Source of the DNA: Candidatus Entotheonellaceae bacterium | GTDB lineage: Bacteria > Tectomicrobia > Entotheonellia > Entotheonellales > Entotheonellaceae | DNA: 64,000 bases | Assembly: GCA_965238075.1 (NCBI GenBank) | Contig: OZ250173.1 | Coordinates: 928,001 to 992,000 of the forward strand | Direction of reading: 5' to 3' | Shown: positions 61,851-64,000 of the stretch, in pieces | Layout of the letters: every line of letters begins with the position of its first letter | How positions within the stretch are numbered: the first letter of the stretch is position 1 | Made by a program: the position numbers and the translations under genes | Notes under the pieces: model-generated | Seen by the model: only the letters and a program-made list of their open reading frames with translations | Told to the model about the DNA's origin: nothing | The model's database searches: none

Positions 61851-63335
61851 CTACGGCAGATTCGTCGTCTTCATCAGATATTCATCGCACGCCCTGGCGG
61901 CGCCGCGTCCTTCGTTGAAGGCCCACACCACCAGGCTTTGCCCGCGGCGCATGTCGCCGGCGCTGAAAACGCCCTCGACGCTGGTGGCATACTTGCCGTA
62001 TTCGGCCTTGACGTTCGAGCGTTCGTCGCGGTCGAGTTCGAGTTCCTCGACGATCTTATCCTCCGGGCCCAGAAAGCCCAGGGCCAACAGCACGAGATCC
62101 GCCGGCCAGGCTTTCTCGGTGCCGGGAACCTTCTGCGGACCGAAGCGACCGTTGGCGTCGGTGCCCCAGGTGACCTGCGCGGTGTGCAACTCCTTGACGT
62201 TGCCGTCCGCATCGCCGACGAATTTCTCCGTCATGATGTCGAACGTGCGCGGGTCATTGCCGAAGCGTGCAGCGGCCTCTTCCTGCCCGTAATCCGCCCG
62301 GTAAATGCGCGGCCATTCCGGCCACGGGTTGTTCGACGGGCGCTCGTCCGGCGGGCGCGACAGGATCTCGAACTGCTCCAGGCTCATGCATTGGTGCCGC
62401 ATTGAAGTACCCACACAGTCCGTGCCGGTGTCGCCGCCGCCGATGACGATGACGTGCTTGTCGCGGGCCGAGATGTAGTTCTGATCGGCGTGGTCGGAAT
62501 CGAGCAGGCTCTTGGTGTTGGCGTGCAGAAACTCCATGGCGAAGTGGATGCCCTTCAGGTCGCGGCCCGGAATCGGCAGGTCGCGCGGTTTTGTCGCGCC
62601 ACAGCACAGCACCATCGCGTCCGAATCCTGGAGGATGGCCGTCGCCGGGATATCGACGCCAACGGCGGTGTTGGTGACAAACGTGATGCCCTCCTGGGCC
62701 AGCAGGTCGACACGACGCTGCACGATGCTCTTGTCGAGCTTCATGTTCGGGATGCCGTACATCAAGAGCCCGCCGATGCGGTCGGCGCGTTCGTGCACTG
62801 TGACCAGATGCCCGGCGCGGTTCAATTGCGCGGCGCACGACAGCCCCGAGGGTCCCGAGCCGATCACCGCAACCCGCTTGCCGGTACGTTTTCCGGGCGG
62901 CTGCGGCGTCACCCAACCTTCTTCGAACCCCTTGTCGATAATCTGGCACTCGATGTTTTTGATCGTCACCGGCGGATCGGTAATCCCCAGCACGCAGGAC
63001 CCCTCGCAGGGCGCCGGGCAGACGCGGCCCGTAAATTCAGGGAAGTTGTTGGTCTTGTGGAGGCGTTCCAGGGCCTCCCGCCACAGGCCGCGGTAAACCA
63101 GGTCGTTCCACTCTGGGATGAGGTTGTTGATCGGACACCCCGACGCCATGCCGCCGATCAGGGTGCCGGTGTGGCAGAAGGGAATGCCGCAATCCATGCA
63201 GCGGCTGGCCTGGTCCTCCAGCTTCCCGATCAGGAAGTGTTCGTGGAATTCCTGCCAATCCTTGACCCGTTCGCGCGGCGAGCGATCCACAGGCAATTCG
63301 CGTTGATATTCCATGAATCCGGTCGGCTTACCCAC
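61851..63335 (-). CDS. gltD: Glutamate synthase small subunit
   Basis: [47 protein letters not shown]. Confidence 0.97.
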   Translation of the reverse strand: MGKPTGFMEYQRELPVDRSPRERVKDWQEFHEHFLIGKLEDQASRCMDCGIPFCHTGTLIGGMASGCPINNLIPEWNDLVYRGLWREALERLHKTNNFPEFTGRVCPAPCEGSCVLGITDPPVTIKNIECQIIDKGFEEGWVTPQPPGKRTGKRVAVIGSGPSGLSCAAQLNRAGHLVTVHERADRIGGLLMYGIPNMKLDKSIVQRRVDLLAQEGITFVTNTAVGVDIPATAILQDSDAMVLCCGATKPRDLPIPGRDLKGIHFAMEFLHANTKSLLDSDHADQNYISARDKHVIVIGGGDTGTDCVGTSMRHQCMSLEQFEILSRPPDERPSNNPWPEWPRIYRADYGQEEAAARFGNDPRTFDIMTEKFVGDADGNVKELHTAQVTWGTDANGRFGPQKVPGTEKAWPADLVLLALGFLGPEDKIVEELELDRDERSNVKAEYGKYATSVEGVFSAGDMRRGQSLVVWAFNEGRGAARACDEYLMKTTNLP

Positions 63336-63367
63336 TACGTCTCCTCCAGCAATCCACTGCCCTGCGC

Positions 63368-64000
63368 TTAATTTCCGCTGACGCGAGCCAAGTCGTTTTT
63401 ATTTGCTTCAAACGCTTCCATGACCGCCGCTTCGCCGCTGAGGCCCTCCGCCTCGGCGCGGCGAATCGCGTCGAGCATACGCTGGTAATCCTTCGGCATG
63501 ACCTTGACGAACTTCGGCGCGTAGTCTTCCCAGGAAGCCAGAATTTTCCAGGCGCGCTCGCTCTTGGTGGCTTCGGCGTGGCGGCGGATCATCGCTTCGA
63601 CCTCAGCGCATTCGTCGGCGTCGTCGAGGCTTTCGAGGGCGACGGTCTCCGTGTTACAGCGGGACTCGAAGTCGCCGGCCTCATCGAGCACATACGCGAC
63701 GCCGCCCGACATGCCGGCGCCGAAGTTGCGGCCGGTGGCGCCGAGCACGACGACCCGTCCGCCCGTCATGTATTCGCAGCCGTGGTCACCAACGGCTTCG
63801 ATGACGGCGCGCGCGCCGCTGTTACGCACGCAGAAGCGCTCGCCCGCCGTGCCGCGGATGTATACCTCGCCGGCGGTCGCCCCGTAAAATGCCACGTTGC
63901 CGACGATGATGCTGTCCTCGGCGGTAAAGGTGGAACCCTTAGGTGGATAGAGGATGAGCTTGCCGCCGGACAGGCCCTTGCCGAAGTAGTCGTTGGCGTC
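63368..64000 (-). CDS. gltB: Glutamate synthase large subunit, 3' part
   Basis: [42 protein letters not shown]; frame runs off the window end. Confidence 0.96.
   Translation of the reverse strand, partial: DANDYFGKGLSGGKLILYPPKGSTFTAEDSIIVGNVAFYGATAGEVYIRGTAGERFCVRNSGARAVIEAVGDHGCEYMTGGRVVVLGATGRNFGAGMSGGVAYVLDEAGDFESRCNTETVALESLDDADECAEVEAMIRRHAEATKSERAWKILASWEDYAPKFVKVMPKDYQRMLDAIRRAEAEGLSGEAAVMEAFEANKNDLARVSGN

Overview
A GC-rich bacterial chromosomal window with about 58 genes and no rRNA, tRNA, CRISPR array or intact transposase that I can recognise. It holds acyl-CoA catabolic genes (three acyl-CoA dehydrogenases, a thiolase-like protein, two crotonases, a CoA ligase, ETF), proteostasis and translation genes (rqcH/NFACT, dnaK-grpE, lon, tldD/tldE, hisS), a citrate synthase-prpF-aconitase operon, a tcuA-like-etfB-etfA-comB operon, and nitrogen genes (NifA-like activator divergent from amtB, gltD, partial gltB). 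The gene repertoire is reminiscent of Ca. Tectomicrobia/Entotheonella-like bacteria, but that is an impression only. Most notable: (1) a low-GC two-gene island encoding an ABC-type ATPase (DUF3696-like tail) and a PIN-like nuclease, a candidate defence system; (2) mirror-image sigma-54 promoters around one shared palindromic enhancer between the NifA-like gene and amtB; (3) an HspR-type HAIR operator on the dnaK promoter; (4) a frameshifted toxin-immunity-like pair behind grpE; (5) a composite palindromic repeat family at three loci; (6) a thiolase fold lacking its catalytic cysteine, with a probable fused OB-fold; (7) single-base deletions seen only in small accessory genes, which may be long-read errors. 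All product calls come from recognising motifs by eye; no database search was run.
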